Shown piece after piece: positions 1 through 12,645 of a stretch of 64,000 bases of DNA (within the stretch, counting starts at the first letter, position 1; each line of letters opens with the position of its first letter). The DNA is taken from positions 35,340,001 to 35,404,000 of the forward strand of contig NC_043008.1 in assembly GCF_006345805.1 (NCBI RefSeq), given 5' to 3'. The notes under the pieces are model-generated. The model was not told where the DNA came from, did no database searches, and saw nothing but the letters and a program-made list of their open reading frames with translations. This DNA is from Octopus sinensis. Taxonomy: Eukaryota. A program made the position numbers and the translations under genes.

Positions 1-29
1 TGTTGTGTGCGCGAGTATATATGTAAGAG

Positions 30-72
<43 letters not shown>

Positions 73-775
73 ATATATATATATATATACGTGTGTGTGT
101 GTGTGTGTGTGTGTGTGTTGTAATGAGACATAATAAGAAGAAAGAGAGACAGAGAAAAGAGAAAAGTAGACAGACAGTGGTGTAGAATTTTCAAATTTCT
201 CATACTCTTTGTCAATTTACTTTGATCTATGTTGGTATTATTGGAATTTAGACAAAATCTGTCATTTGTTAGTCTGATCTATGATTGAAGAATATTTTAT
301 TCCTAAAAGTGTGGATATTTCAAGTAATATTCACCGTTTATAGACATCTAGCACACTGCTATAAATTATTATTATTGTCGTTGTGATTACACTATTATTA
401 GCCTGCTATGAACTTTAAGATCTTTAAGATTATAGTGTTTCCCAGTTCTTCTAAAACACATTAGTCTTCTGGAGTAATTCCGGACTGTAATATCTCTTCA
501 ATATTGTTCTGCATTCACACTGACTTCTATGTGCCTTCTACATTTCTTCTGTATTTCATTGTATTTCTCTAAATTATTTTTCTCTGCTCTTTCATCCAAC
601 TTTTACAATCTCCCTCGCTATCTATAACGTCTGCTCTCTATTCGTTTTATGCAAAATGACGTTCATAGTTTAGATTTTCAATATTTCCTACCGTTTTTAG
701 TGAAATTCCAAACAAGAGAACAGCTATGCACTCGTCCAGCCTGTTCCAAAGCATACGACTTTAAAGTCCCTCTGT

Positions 776-1050
776 GAAGACGTGTGGCTCAGTGTTTAAG
801 GTGTTGCACTTACGATCGCAAGATTGTGGTTTCGATTTCCAGACTGACGGTGTGTTGTGTTTTGAGCAAAGCACTACATTTCAGATAGCGCCAGTCATCT
901 CAGCTGTAAACGTTTAACCCTGCGTTGGACTGGTGCTCCGTTCAAGGGGAAAGTTGGCCTGCCTACCAAGCTAGCGAGCTTGCAATTTTTCGAAAGCAAT
1001 AACAATACTAAGAAGCGCATTGCGACCAGTGGTGTTTAAACACCTCCGAT
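776..1050 (+). mobile_element. tRNA-derived SINE, family C (diverged copy)
   Basis: A-box (TGGCTCAGTG) and B-box (GGTTTCGATTTCC) head, then CORE-like TGTGTTTTGAGCAAAGCACT; homologous to 63317-63660, 53670-53897 and 62485-62730. Confidence 0.7.
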
Positions 1051-3261
1051 TGTTTGATCGGTTCAGTGATATAGTGAATATCCCTCTAATCATATTCTTG
1101 TGCCATATATAAAACAAACGTTTTTAGTCCTAATCTACGGATAATCCCATCGGAAATGCTTTTAATATAGGGCTGAAAACTGATCTCAACAAATGAATGA
1201 TATTCTTGCTTGGACATATCTATAATCTACTCCTTGAGGGATTATAGGCTGGGTTAATCTGGTTTCCATTAAATAATGGTTTTATTCTTATCCTATTTAA
1301 GATACCAGTATACACTATGAATTAATGTTATTTAATTCTATTGGTAATATTTGATTCTGCTCGTCAGATATTTGCTTAAGATTGCACGGGATCATCAACG
1401 CTTTATATTATATTTACATAAGATTGTATAAGACCATCTGCATATTGTTGTATAAGTACATAAGATCACATAATACAATCAGTATTTATTCTTATATTTA
1501 TTCAAGCTAATGTAAGATGAACGTCTGTACACTGTCTTCTATTTACTAAAGATTGTTTAAGACTCAAACTTGTGTAAGAGCATTGTGATGTTTACCTAAG
1601 ATTTGGGAAATACTTAAATGCTTTCTCATAAAATAGATACTTATACAAACTTGCATGGGACTAACTCTGGATTCTGTCATTCGTTCTTGTAAATATACAC
1701 CGAAGGAGTAGAATGATAGACCATCTACATAAATACAAGCTAACTTAGTGTGGTAAAACAAAATTAGTTTTCAAGCAATTTAAATTTAATCCGTAATTAA
1801 ATTAAAACTAATTCGTGTTATAAGAATTAAGTTAAAATATTCAATGTAGAAGGGGCTGATCTTCAGTAAATGTAGTGATAACTCAGTCTATGTTTCGGTC
1901 TTATTACACGTCATCAGCGTAGTAAACTGTAATATGTACTTACCATATCACATAATTACAGAGAGGATATAGTTTTATTGTAAATATAATTCCTTTATTA
2001 AGTCGTTTATTCTTCTCTTATCTCCTCGTATAACCGGTATACGTTTGATGTCTCTCTCATATTTCTTGTTTCTTCCTTGACAATGATAGAACGACATTTC
2101 TTGCAATCAATGTCAGAACCTCGTTAACCATAGCGTTTTAGCTTTGAATATATACAAATTTATACAGCTTAAATTTTAGTTCTTCGATTTTGGTTTTCAG
2201 CATCTCCTTTTAAAGTCCAGAACATTTAATTCCATGCACAATTCGTTCTATCACTTCAAATCTTCTTTGATAACCCTATCCTCACCTTTCTTTTGATATG
2301 TCTACATTTTCTCTTATTCTCTCCCTCCTGTCCTTTCCTATAATTTCTTATCCATACCAAACTTCAAGATTGCTAGATAACCTGCTGCTTTCACTTTCCT
2401 TCCAAGCTTTAAAGCCACAATTTCCATTTCTCTTTATCATGTAAATCCACCAGAACATGATTGCCAAACAAGCAGGAAATTCTCTTCGGGAAAACGGTTT
2501 TTCAATTCACTCGAGAATCTTCTACATTTAATATTCTGTATTCAACCACAATTTTCTTATACATGAAAACCAGAACTTTTTCGTAGTTTGTGTCCTTCGG
2601 TTTATGATTGGTGAAGCGATTTTCGAATTCCCCAGAACCCGACTTTTATGGCTGTCTGATTACGTAGTTCGCTTCGCAACCACGAGCTTTCGAGTTCAAT
2701 CGCGCTGTGCGCCAACTTAGACAAGTGTATTCTTCTATAGCTTCGAAATGACCAATGGCGTGTGGGTGGATCTGTTAGACGAACACTGTGTATAAGCTTT
2801 GTACGTGTTTGTGTGCGTGTGAATCGTTCTGATGTACCACCCCATTGTTTGATAATCGGTGTTGTTTTGCTTATGTCCTCATAACTTAGCCGTTCGACTA
2901 AAAGAACAACGTTAGGATAAGTAACAATTCTTAACATAAGCATTTGGAACGAAGTGTTTGAGTAAGCCGACATGCTGATGCTCCAGCATGACCGCATCCA
3001 CTGACTGAAACTATTACAAGTGTAAAATAAAGGGATTAACTGAATCATTTGCATCTTAAGAATAATTAAATCCCATCCTTTGGTTGTTAGTAGATTAGTG
3101 AAGAGATGTGAGATATTCTTCGTGATTTTAGGCATTTTATCTTCGCTAGTTTCCATTTCAAACGCTATCAAGTTAACCGTAGATTCCGGAAGGTGAGATC
3201 TAGTGCAGAAAAGGTTCGTTGGTCGTATCACAATAAATCTACCTCTAAAAATATGGAAAAG

Positions 3262-3660
3262 TATCTTATCTTTTACTTATTTCATCCATTGGACTGTGGC
3301 CATGCCGGGGCATCACTTTGAAAGCGTTTAGTGGAGCGAATCGATCTTTGTACCTATTGGTATTTTTTAATGCCTGTTATTTATTTCATCAGTCTCCTTT
3401 TGCCGAGCCGCTAAGTTTACGGGGACATAAACAAAACAACACAAGCTGTCAACCGGTAGTGGAGGACAAGCGAAAACACAAAGTCACACACACACACATG
3501 TGACGGGCTTCCTTCAGTTTCCGTTCACACATCCCCTTACAAGGCTTTGGTCGGCCCGGGGCTATAGTAGAAAACAATTGCTCAAAATGCCATGCAGTGG
3601 AATTGAACCCCGAACCATGTGGCTAGAAAGCAAACTTCTTACCACACTGCTATGCTTGCG
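3262..3660 (-). mobile_element. tRNA-derived SINE, family A (internal microsatellite)
   Basis: Reverse complement aligns along its length to the intact copy at 35488-35937 (head, (TG)n centre, GCATGGCC-CAGTC 3' part). Confidence 0.8.
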
Positions 3661-3729
3661 ACTAATGTTAATTATTGCTTCAACATTTGGCATCGGTCCA
3701 GATGAATGCTAATAATTTTGCATCGGGAA

Positions 3730-4240
3730 GGCGGCGAGCTGGCAAAAACGTTAGCACGCCAGGCGAAATGCCTCGCGGTATTTCGTCTGCCGTTACGATC
3801 TGAGTTCAAATTCCGCCGTGGTCGACTTTGCCTTTCATCCTTTTGGGGTCGAAAATTAAGTAGCAGTTACACACTGAGGTCGATGTAATCGATTTAATCC
3901 CTTTGTCTGCCCTTGTTTGTCCACTCTATGTTTAGCCCCTTGTAGGTAGTAAAGAAATAGGTATTTCGTCTGCCGCTACGTTCTGAGTTCAAATTCCGCC
4001 GAGGTTAACTTTGCCTTTCATCCTTTCGTGGTCGATTAAATAAGAACTAGTTACGCACTGGGGTCGATGTAATCGACTTAATCCGTTTGTCCCCTCTGTG
4101 TTTAGCCCCTTGTGGGTAGTAAAGAAATAGGTATTTCGTCTGTCTTTAAATTCTGAGTTCAAATTCCATCAAGGTCGACTCTACCTTTCATCCTTTCGGA
4201 GTTGATAAATTAAGTACCAGTTGCGTACTGAGGTCGAGTA
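3730..4240 (+). mobile_element. SINE family B with three tandem internal units
   Basis: Head GGCGGCGAGCTGGC, B-box GAGTTCAAATTCC, Nin-like domain GACTTTGCCTTTCATCCTTTCGGGGTCGA; unit restarts at 3778, 3961 and 4131. Confidence 0.85.
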
Positions 4241-5489
4241 TGTGCATGGAGTATTAAAAAATAATTTTGTATCGGCTGATACATTGAGATTATATCAACT
4301 CCGGTGCTTAACTAGTGCTTATTTTATCGATCCCGAAACAATGAACGCTGAAAACGTCCTGGAGAATATGAACTCAGAATGTAAAGCCTAAAGAAAAGTT
4401 GCTAAGCATTCTGTCCGGCATGCTAAAGATTCGGTCAGCTCACACACATAAAGGGCGTTTTGATTGAATTTGACGACTGTTTTGGGATCCTAATTTTGAG
4501 GAACAGCGTGACATATTGGTGAGCAGTCCAAGGCGTTGGAGAGCATGAAGATTAAAGTTGTAGCGGAGAAAATGTTAGCTGATGTGGAAGATGGAAGCAA
4601 CGAGCCTCAAAGTACTTAAAGCTGTAAATGACAAGTAAATATGAGGTTAAAATTCTTTGGATAAAGTCGACATCTTATAGGCAAAAGGATTTTTTCAAAC
4701 CGATATCTACACGATATTATCTATAGCTTTACCTGCTTTCATGTTCTCTAAAAGTTTATATAATCATACGAACACACACGAACACACGCGCACGCACGCG
4801 CTCACACACATACACACATACATACACGTACACACATGTATGTGTGCATGTATGCTTAAAGCCACAAGCAGTGTCGATTTGTTTAAGGGTTTGACAAAAA
4901 GATACGATAGAATATGAGACCAATAGCAATAGTGTCAATAATTTGTTCGTTTAAACATTTCAAGACATGGACCCAACAACGTTGCAGTCCTATAACTGAA
5001 GCAAATAAAAGAATAAGCAAATAAGAATAAACGAATAAAAGAATTAACAGTGAAACGAAACTGGACTGGGATTTCAGCTCTCTCGAAGCTCGTCTCCTTG
5101 TCACACGACGTTCGCCATTTTACACAAAACTATATTGTTACAGAAACAATCGACCTTACAGTTGTTCTATTTGCATTTAGATTGAAATGAATCTCGCTTA
5201 GAGAAATAGCAATGACACATTCAGGTCTCTGATAGAAATGAAAAATTTAGCAGATATTTTGACCTCTTGCAATCTATACGTTATTCATTGTTCTCTGGCG
5301 AAAGCCTATCTGTCAGGTGTGTTTGTCACGTGAGAGTGAAGAAAAAAAAAGGATAGAAGCAAATAGATTGGAAACATTGAAGACAATGTCTCTATGTGGT
5401 TATTGTATGTGTATTTATGAACACACAAAAGTATGGACATTTGTATGTATGTGTGTATGTATGTATGTATGTATTAAAACATATATATA

Positions 5490-6040
5490 TGTATATATCT
5501 TATTTCTTTTACTTGTTTCCGTCATTTCACTGCAGCCATGGTGGAGCGCCGTCTTTAGTCGAACAACTTGACCCCATGACTTATTCTTTGTAAGCCTAGT
5601 ACTTTTTCTATCGTTCACTTTAAATGTTTGTATGTTTGTGTGTATGTATGTATGTATGTATATGTATGTGTGTATTTGTATATGTATATATATATAATAT
5701 ACACTTAAACATATGTACATACATGCACACAGACGTACACACACATATATATATACGTATATATATATATATATATTTATATACATATATGTATAGATAG
5801 ATATACATACACAGATATATATATATATATCTTATTTCTTTTACTTGTTTCCGTCATTTCACTGTGGCCATGCTGGAGCGCCGTCTTTAGTCGAACAACT
5901 TGACTCCAGGACTTATTCTTTGTAAGCCTAGTACTTTTTCTATCATTCACTTTAAATGAACCGCTAGGCTACGAGCACGTAACCCCGCCAACAACGGTGT
6001 GTCAAGCGATGGCGGAGGGACAAGCATAGATACACAAATT
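5490..6040 (-). mobile_element. Two family A SINE 3' parts (local ~130-bp direct duplication) separated by TA/TG microsatellite
   Basis: 5490-5624 and 5821-5956 are near identical and match the reverse complement of the family A 3' end. Confidence 0.75.
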
Positions 6041-6090
6041 CATATACTGCTAACTCCACAAGTTTTTTTATTTTTTCTCTGATCATGTTC

Positions 6091-6126
6091 CTTTCTGCTG
6101 AAGAGCGTAGGCTCGAAACGTAAAAG
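6091..6126 (+). ncRNA. Minimal type I hammerhead-like motif in a Penelope-like terminal repeat remnant (~6060-6212)
   Basis: CTTT-CTGCTGA-A-GAGC(GTAG)GCTC-GAAA-CG-TA-AAAG: stem I, core with A6C, 4-bp stem II, palindromic ACGT stem III. Confidence 0.6.
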
Positions 6127-6332
6127 ACTTTCTCACCTTCCCGAGGGTCAATCTAGTACACCTGCTGTTTATGCACCTGTCTTCGTCCTTTGTTTTTCTG
6201 TAAATTTCAATTATATATATATATATATATATCCGTAATAATGAAGGGTGAAATTAATTAATTTGGAATAATTATCAATTACACCAAGTAGTCTTCGGCA
6301 TGTAAAAGCCTCATTCGAGGAAAATTTAAGTA

Positions 6333-6624
6333 ATACTAAGCAATAAAGGGTTTAGCAACGAATTGCCTTACCACATACCGAATTTAAAAATAGCAGTCAA
6401 AGAGTTATAGCTATTTCTTCTACTAAAAAGGGAGATCTCAGTAAAAACAGCAATTGGAAGGCAGACACAAACAGGTACAAACCTGTTTGTGTCTGCCTTC
6501 CAATTGCTGTTTTTACTGAGATCTCCCTTTTTAGTAGAAGAAATAGCTATAACTCTTTGACTGCTATTTTTAAATTCGGTATGTGGTAAGGCAATTCGTT
6601 GCTAAACCCTTTATTGCTTAGTAT
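6333..6624. repeat. Perfect 144-bp inverted repeat with 4-nt spacer
   Basis: 6333-6476 is the exact reverse complement of 6481-6624; spacer ACAA. Confidence 0.95.
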
Positions 6625-6758
6625 ATATATATATATATATATTACGGAGATGTACTTGCATAGCAAGTGACCTGATCTGAGATCGTGTGCTGGAACGAAA
6701 AAAATTGCAGCGTGGAACACACAAAAACCTTTAGATTCACTTCAACATCTAAATTTAA

Positions 6759-6809
6759 TTTGCCAAAATATTATCGTCGCTTTGAGACCGCGACCTGTTC
6801 ACTGACAAA
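6759..6809 (-). ncRNA. Degenerate hammerhead-shaped motif
   Basis: TTTGTCA-GTGAACA-G-GTCGC(9 nt)GCGAC-GATA-ATAT-TT-TGGCAAA: all stems correctly placed, core has three substitutions. Confidence 0.45.
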
Positions 6810-6886
6810 ATTCCGTGCTGCATATATATATATATATTAGTCAGTAGTATCCGCGCCAAGCAGTGATTAGGCAAAAGCGAACTTTA

Positions 6887-7075
6887 GGTTAGTTGAAATA
6901 CATTATTGACATATTTCAACTCTAAAGGCAAATTCACTGCTGTTATCATAGAGAAAGACTTCTCCCTTATGGTAACAGGTGTAAGAAATACCATATCTGC
7001 CGTGTGCTGTCCTCCATCAGATTCACAGATGCAATGTTTCTGGCTCTTTTGTCTTCCTCTGCGTTAAATACTGGG

Positions 7076-7109
<34 letters not shown>

Positions 7110-7517
7110 GAGACAGAGAGAGAGAGAGTGAGAGTGAGAGAGAAAACGAACACTGGGAAATTAAAAGCCAACCTTAACCTTCACTAAAAAACAGTTAACA
7201 ACATGGACTGAATTGCCCTAGAGGACTGCCCGGTCGGGACAAAACCAACAGTATCAACGCCACACTCCAGTAGCGGAAATCAGTGAGTGTTGTTGACTGT
7301 TTATTAGTTAAGGCCACGACTTTAAATCTGCCCAGAGTTACCTCTCTTCTGTATTCCCCGTTAAGGAAGGCTAAAGAGTCAGGTAATCCGATTGGGGACA
7401 GCTCAGAGTAGATATGGTGTTTTTCCACCCTTTACCGTAAGAGAAAATTGTTTCTCCACGGTAACTGCAGTGAATTTTCCTTTAGAAGTTGAAATATGGC
7501 AGGAACATATTTTAACC
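6887..7517. mobile_element. Non-autonomous DNA transposon (MITE) with ~135-bp diverged TIRs
   Basis: 6887-7023 aligns to the reverse complement of 7385-7517; TA at both ends (TA|GGTTA...TAACC|TA); internal (GA)n. Confidence 0.7.
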
Positions 7518-7541
7518 TATATACATACATACATACATACA

Positions 7542-7577
<36 letters not shown>

Positions 7578-7659
7578 TATATAGATATATAGATATATAC
7601 ATATACACATATATACATATATACATATATATATACATACATATATATATACATATACA

Positions 7660-10123
7660 TTATGGCTGCCCCCTCCTTATCGAGTATGGCCATTGTACGA
7701 AGCTTAACTGTTACTGGTGCTGTGATCGAATGTGACTTTTTAGCCCAGCTAAAGATCTACAATGTCTCGTACAAAATTGACAACTAAAACCTTTACTGGT
7801 AATAGCCGGCTGTAGTTGTAACTGGGCTTCATGTACCTTTTCATGTTGTTTAAGTCCTCCTGCCGAATTACACTCTCTTCCACATGCCCGACAGATATGA
7901 TTAGTATGGTGTGTTACACCACCACCAGTGGCCAGGTTGTCACTCATCTGTCTCGTTTTATGACTACGAAGATGACTCATGAGTCCAGCTTTACTGAGGC
8001 AGGGTCTTGCACAGACATTGCATGTCAGAATCAAAGGAAGACCCTTGCCTTCTGGAAGTGTAACAGCGATGCCCTTCCTGACATCCCTCCTTACTTTCTC
8101 ATGTGCAACTCGAGATTTCTCAAAAGTGGCTGTCACCTCATGCACAGTCCTTCTCCACCTGCTACGATCAATGGCTATGCCTTCCCATGTGTCAGGAGAG
8201 ATGCAAGCATCTCTTAAGGAAGCCTTCAGCAAGTCCTTATACCTCTTTTTTGGTTTATGTGGAGGTTGTTCTCCTTTAGCTAACTCTCCATAAAAGAGTT
8301 GTTTTGGCATTCTTGAATCCTTCATTCTGACCAGATGACCACTCCATCTGTGCCTTTGCTTTAACACAAGAGCTTCTATACTTTCACACCGAGAGCCTTC
8401 CAATATTTCAAGATCACTGATGCGGTCCTTCCACTTAATGCCATAGATCCGTCTGAGGCACATCTGATGGAAACGTTCCAGTTGTTTAAGGTGGTATCGA
8501 TATATGACCCACGTCTCGCAGGCATAGAGAAGAGAAGGGAGCACACATGCCTTGTACACCTTTATCTTTGTCTTTCTGCATATGTCTCGCCGAATCCAGA
8601 GGCGCTTTTCCAGCCTTCCGAAAGCAACACTTGCTTTCCTAATTCTATATGGAATTTCATCATCCACATTGCCATATCTATTAATAGTGTTTCCCAGGTA
8701 GACAAACTGATCCACTACATCAAGTCGTTTACCATTCACATAGATATTTGGTACACTATACTGCTTACCAGGGGCAGGTTGATGCATGACAACAGTTTTC
8801 TTGAGATTGACTGTGAATCCTAAGGCAGTGCAAGCATCAGAGAATGCATTCAAAATGTGTTGCATATCAATCTCTGTGTGTGCTACTAGCTCACAATCAT
8901 CTGCATACAAAAGGTCTCTTATGATAGAGGTAAATATCTTTGTTTTTGCAGCAAGGCGCCTGATATTAAATATGCTGCCAGAGGTTCAATAATGGACGTA
9001 AACACCGTATCTGCAGTTTCTGAATGCAATACAGAAAACCATCGCGAAATATATGGAAAATAGGGTCGGTGCCAGAATATCCCCCTGTTTCACTCCATTT
9101 TGTATTGAAATGGGCTCCGACATTTTCCCTCTAACATTCATCCTATCATTCATGTCTTCATGAAAAGACCTAACCAAAGCAAGGAACTTTTCAGGACACC
9201 CAAGTTTCTGGAGGACTTTCTACAATGCTTTTCTATTTACGGTATCAAAGGCTTTTGTCAGATCGACAAAAAGATGATACAAATCCAGACCCTATTCCAC
9301 ACACTTTTCCTGAAGTTGTCTAGCTGAAAATATCATATCAGTAGTGCCACGTCCCACACGAAAGCCAGATTGACTTTCTGGAAGAACACAATCTGCAATG
9401 TATTTCAGCAGACGATCCAGAAGTATCCTGCATAAAACCTTTCCTACAGCAGACAGCAATGATACTCCCCTATAATTACCACAATTATTCCTGTTGCCAT
9501 TTCCCTTATACAGGACCACCATTACTGCATCTCTCCAGTCCTCAGGTACAGATTCACTAGTCCATATCTTACCAAACAAAGAGTGAAGTTTCTGCAGAAG
9601 TTTCTCACCACCATGCTGTAACAACTCTACATGTATGCCATCCATACCCGGAGACTTCCCATTATTCAACCTTGAGACAGCCATTGCAATTTCTTCCAAC
9701 TTTAGTGGTTCCGCGAATGCTGCCTTCACAGGCAATCCAGGGATGAGATTGAGAACATCCTCAATAACTACAGACTGCTGATTCAAAAGTTCATTAAAGT
9801 GTTCTTGCCACCTTCGCAGAATTCCTTGTGAATCACGAAGAAGTTCTTTACCATCACTGCTTCGAAGTGGTGTCATCAAGGAAGACGTCGGTCCATAAAC
9901 TTCTCGCAAGAGACCATGCAACAGCTTTGTGCTGTTGGAATCTGATGCCGCCTGTATCTCGTCAGCCTTCTTACTCCACCATGTATCCCTCATCTGAGAG
10001 AGCCTTTGCCTCACACGTGATTTTACGTCCTTGAGTTCCCTATGCAACACTTCCCTTTCCTGTGTCTTTGCTGACAAATATCGTGACAAAGTACGTCTTT
10101 TATCAGCCAATAAATCAGCCAAT
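7660..10123 (-). mobile_element. 5'-truncated RTE-clade LINE; RT pseudogene with three C-terminal C2H2 zinc fingers
   Basis: One continuous frame with motifs GKSPGMDGI, NYRGVSLL, ESQSGFR, FVDLTKAFD, GVKQGDILAPTLF, LYADD, FVYLG and RWSGHLVRM; three premature stops (9292, 9220, 8986); short 3' UTR; microsatellites on both flanks. Confidence 0.95.
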
Positions 10124-10151
10124 ACATATACATACATACATACATACATAC

Positions 10152-10182
<31 letters not shown>

Positions 10183-10254
10183 CATACATACATACATACA
10201 TACATACATACACATACATACATACATACATACATACATACATACATACATACA

Positions 10255-10285
<31 letters not shown>

Positions 10286-10784
10286 GTATTCACACACAGC
10301 CCACATAAGCACATACACGGGGGAGAGAAAAGACAGTTTGAAAAAGAAAGGGGAAAAGATAGATAGATAGACAGAGTAACAGATACGTTCATGCACATAT
10401 TTAATACACATAAATACGGACGTTCATGTAAATACATATAATTCCATAGATGTAAAATACATATAATTCCACACTTGCGTGCTCACATGCGTACACTTAA
10501 GCATATGCGCACAGCATAACATACATACAGTTATGTATTCGTGCATTCATACGGACATATTCAACGTTCATTCTCATAAATACACATAGACAGATATACG
10601 TCATCCATACATATATGCATGCATAAATACACAACATACATTCATACATTCGCAACATGAATATATACACAAATACATATATACATGCATATATCAACAT
10701 ATACATACCAAGCAATCATGCACACACAACATACATAGACAATATACGTGTATGCATGCACAATATACGCATATCCATACACAT

Positions 10785-10938
10785 ATATATAGGTTTAAAT
10801 GCGCACCATGCACATATACAAATATATATACATGTATACACAGCGCACATTTATACACAGAAAACATAAGTACATACATACATGACGTACACATTATAGA
10901 ACTACGTGCACAACATACATACATGCATACTATATATA

Positions 10939-11024
<86 letters not shown>

Positions 11025-11175
11025 TATATATAGGTTTAAATACGCACCATGCACATATACAAAACATATATACATGTATACACAGCGCACATTTATACAC
11101 AAAATGCATAAGTACATACATACATGACATACACACTTATAGAACCACGTGCTCGACATACATACATGCATACTT
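10785..11175. repeat. Diverged ~145-bp direct duplication around a (TA)n tract
   Basis: ATAGGTTTAAAT(G/A)CGCACCATGCACATATAC... occurs at ~10788 and ~11030. Confidence 0.7.
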
Positions 11176-11269
11176 AACGCACACATATACACACATACAT
11201 GTATACATTCACAACATACACACGCACATGTACAGATCAGTAGGAATTCTGCAGAATCTAAGTACTGTA

Positions 11270-11640
11270 TTCAGTGCTGTTTCGTCGTATCATGTCTGGT
11301 CCCGTTAACCTCTACCTATCATTGAGGTACTTCAGACATAGAGTTGCCTTCTGCTCTATTTTCCAGTCTTCTTGCTATATTATTATCATCGCAGATTCTG
11401 TTAGTAGTTTTCTATATTGGTTTTCATCAATTGTTCGTCAAATATGTGGTTAGTTTTCGCTACGCTAGCGGTGATTCGCTAATCTTTTCTTTCCTTTCTT
11501 TCGCTACTCAGTGTATCCGTTTAGATAAGTTAATCCATTGTCTAAGTAAGCACGTCAATAAGGTGTTCACAGCTGGATATAATTGTATATATAGCCGCAA
11601 TCGCATCCATCAAGTGCATAGACACATTTCGACATAATTA
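11270..11640 (-). mobile_element. Degenerate Penelope-like GIY-YIG endonuclease remnant
   Basis: Minus-strand peptides SKCVYALDGCDCGYIY, NLSKRIH, ESPLA and KTNHIFD resemble the VY..C..C..Y.G / L..RI.EH / H.FD pattern; frameshifted. Confidence 0.45.
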
Positions 11641-12277
11641 TTAGTGTATATTCTTACCCGTCAGCTATTTCGACTCCAAACAAAAGATATGCCAAGCCCA
11701 CGCGAGAGAGCACTACCTGGTTGCTTCGCTTTTCTAGAAACAACAGCCAAATCTCTCTCAAATCACACTTTCAATGGATACATTTGAACAAAACTATATA
11801 ACACACACACACACACACGCATATATGTATATATGTAGATGTGTATGTATGTATAAATCTATGTGTTTGTGTATTTGTGTATGTGCTATGTCTATCCCCA
11901 CCACCGCTTGAGAATCGATGTTGGTTTGTTTACGTTAACAGTAAGTTAACAGTGCGAAAAAAAAGATCGATAGAATAAGCACTGTACTGAAAAAAAAAGT
12001 ACTCGGGTCTTTTGAAGGCCGTGCTCTAGCATGGCCACAGTTCATTGGCTGACACAAATAAAGATGTAAATAAACAAATATGATCGTTGGTTTAAAACTG
12101 ACACCGGTAGGATTTGAACCTAAGACATAATGGAGTGGAACTGGAGATTCAGGTAAGAAGACCTGATTATTAAGTACGCTCTGTAGCCAATTGGATTCGG
12201 GTTCAATCGTAGGCAGGAACCTAGAGTAATTGTTGTCTACGATAGCTTCGAGTGAGTTGATTCGTCATCACTGAAAT

Positions 12278-12278
12278 A

Positions 12279-12327
<49 letters not shown>

Positions 12328-12389
12328 GTGTGTGCGTGTGTGTATGTGTGTGTGTGCGTGTGTGTGTGTGCGTGTGTGTGTGTGTGTGC

Positions 12390-12426
<37 letters not shown>

Positions 12427-12542
12427 CGTGTGTGTGTGTGTGGTGTGTGTGTGTGTGTGTGCGTGCGTGTGTGTGTGTGTGTGCGTGCGTGTGTGTGGTG
12501 TGTGTGTGTGTGTGTGTGTGCGCGTGTGTGCGTGTGTGTGTG

Positions 12543-12581
<39 letters not shown>

Positions 12582-12602
12582 TGTGTGCGTGTGTGTGTGT
12601 GC

Positions 12603-12643
<41 letters not shown>
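12278..12643. repeat. Long imperfect (TG)n/(CG) microsatellite
   Basis: Direct inspection. Confidence 0.95.

Positions 12644-12645
<2 letters not shown>

Noticed and set aside
400-560. Possible R4/Dong 3' stub (ELLQKT)
   Set aside because: Only a single short motif
2602-3231. 209-aa minus-strand ORF
   Set aside because: No recognisable motif, and it runs through a SINE 3' fragment (2850-3030)
3778-4240. CRISPR-like or hammerhead-retrozyme array
   Set aside because: Units have no unique spacers and no CUGANGA/GAAA core; they are SINE internal repeats
6285-6322. Hammerhead-like CGAATGA-GGC...GCC-GAAG next to the palindrome
   Set aside because: Both core segments are mutated and stems I and III are not convincing
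9292-10437. 381-aa ORF read as one protein from its first Met
   Set aside because: The N-terminal ~105 aa are translated (TATG)n and flank; only the part below ~10123 is RTE sequence
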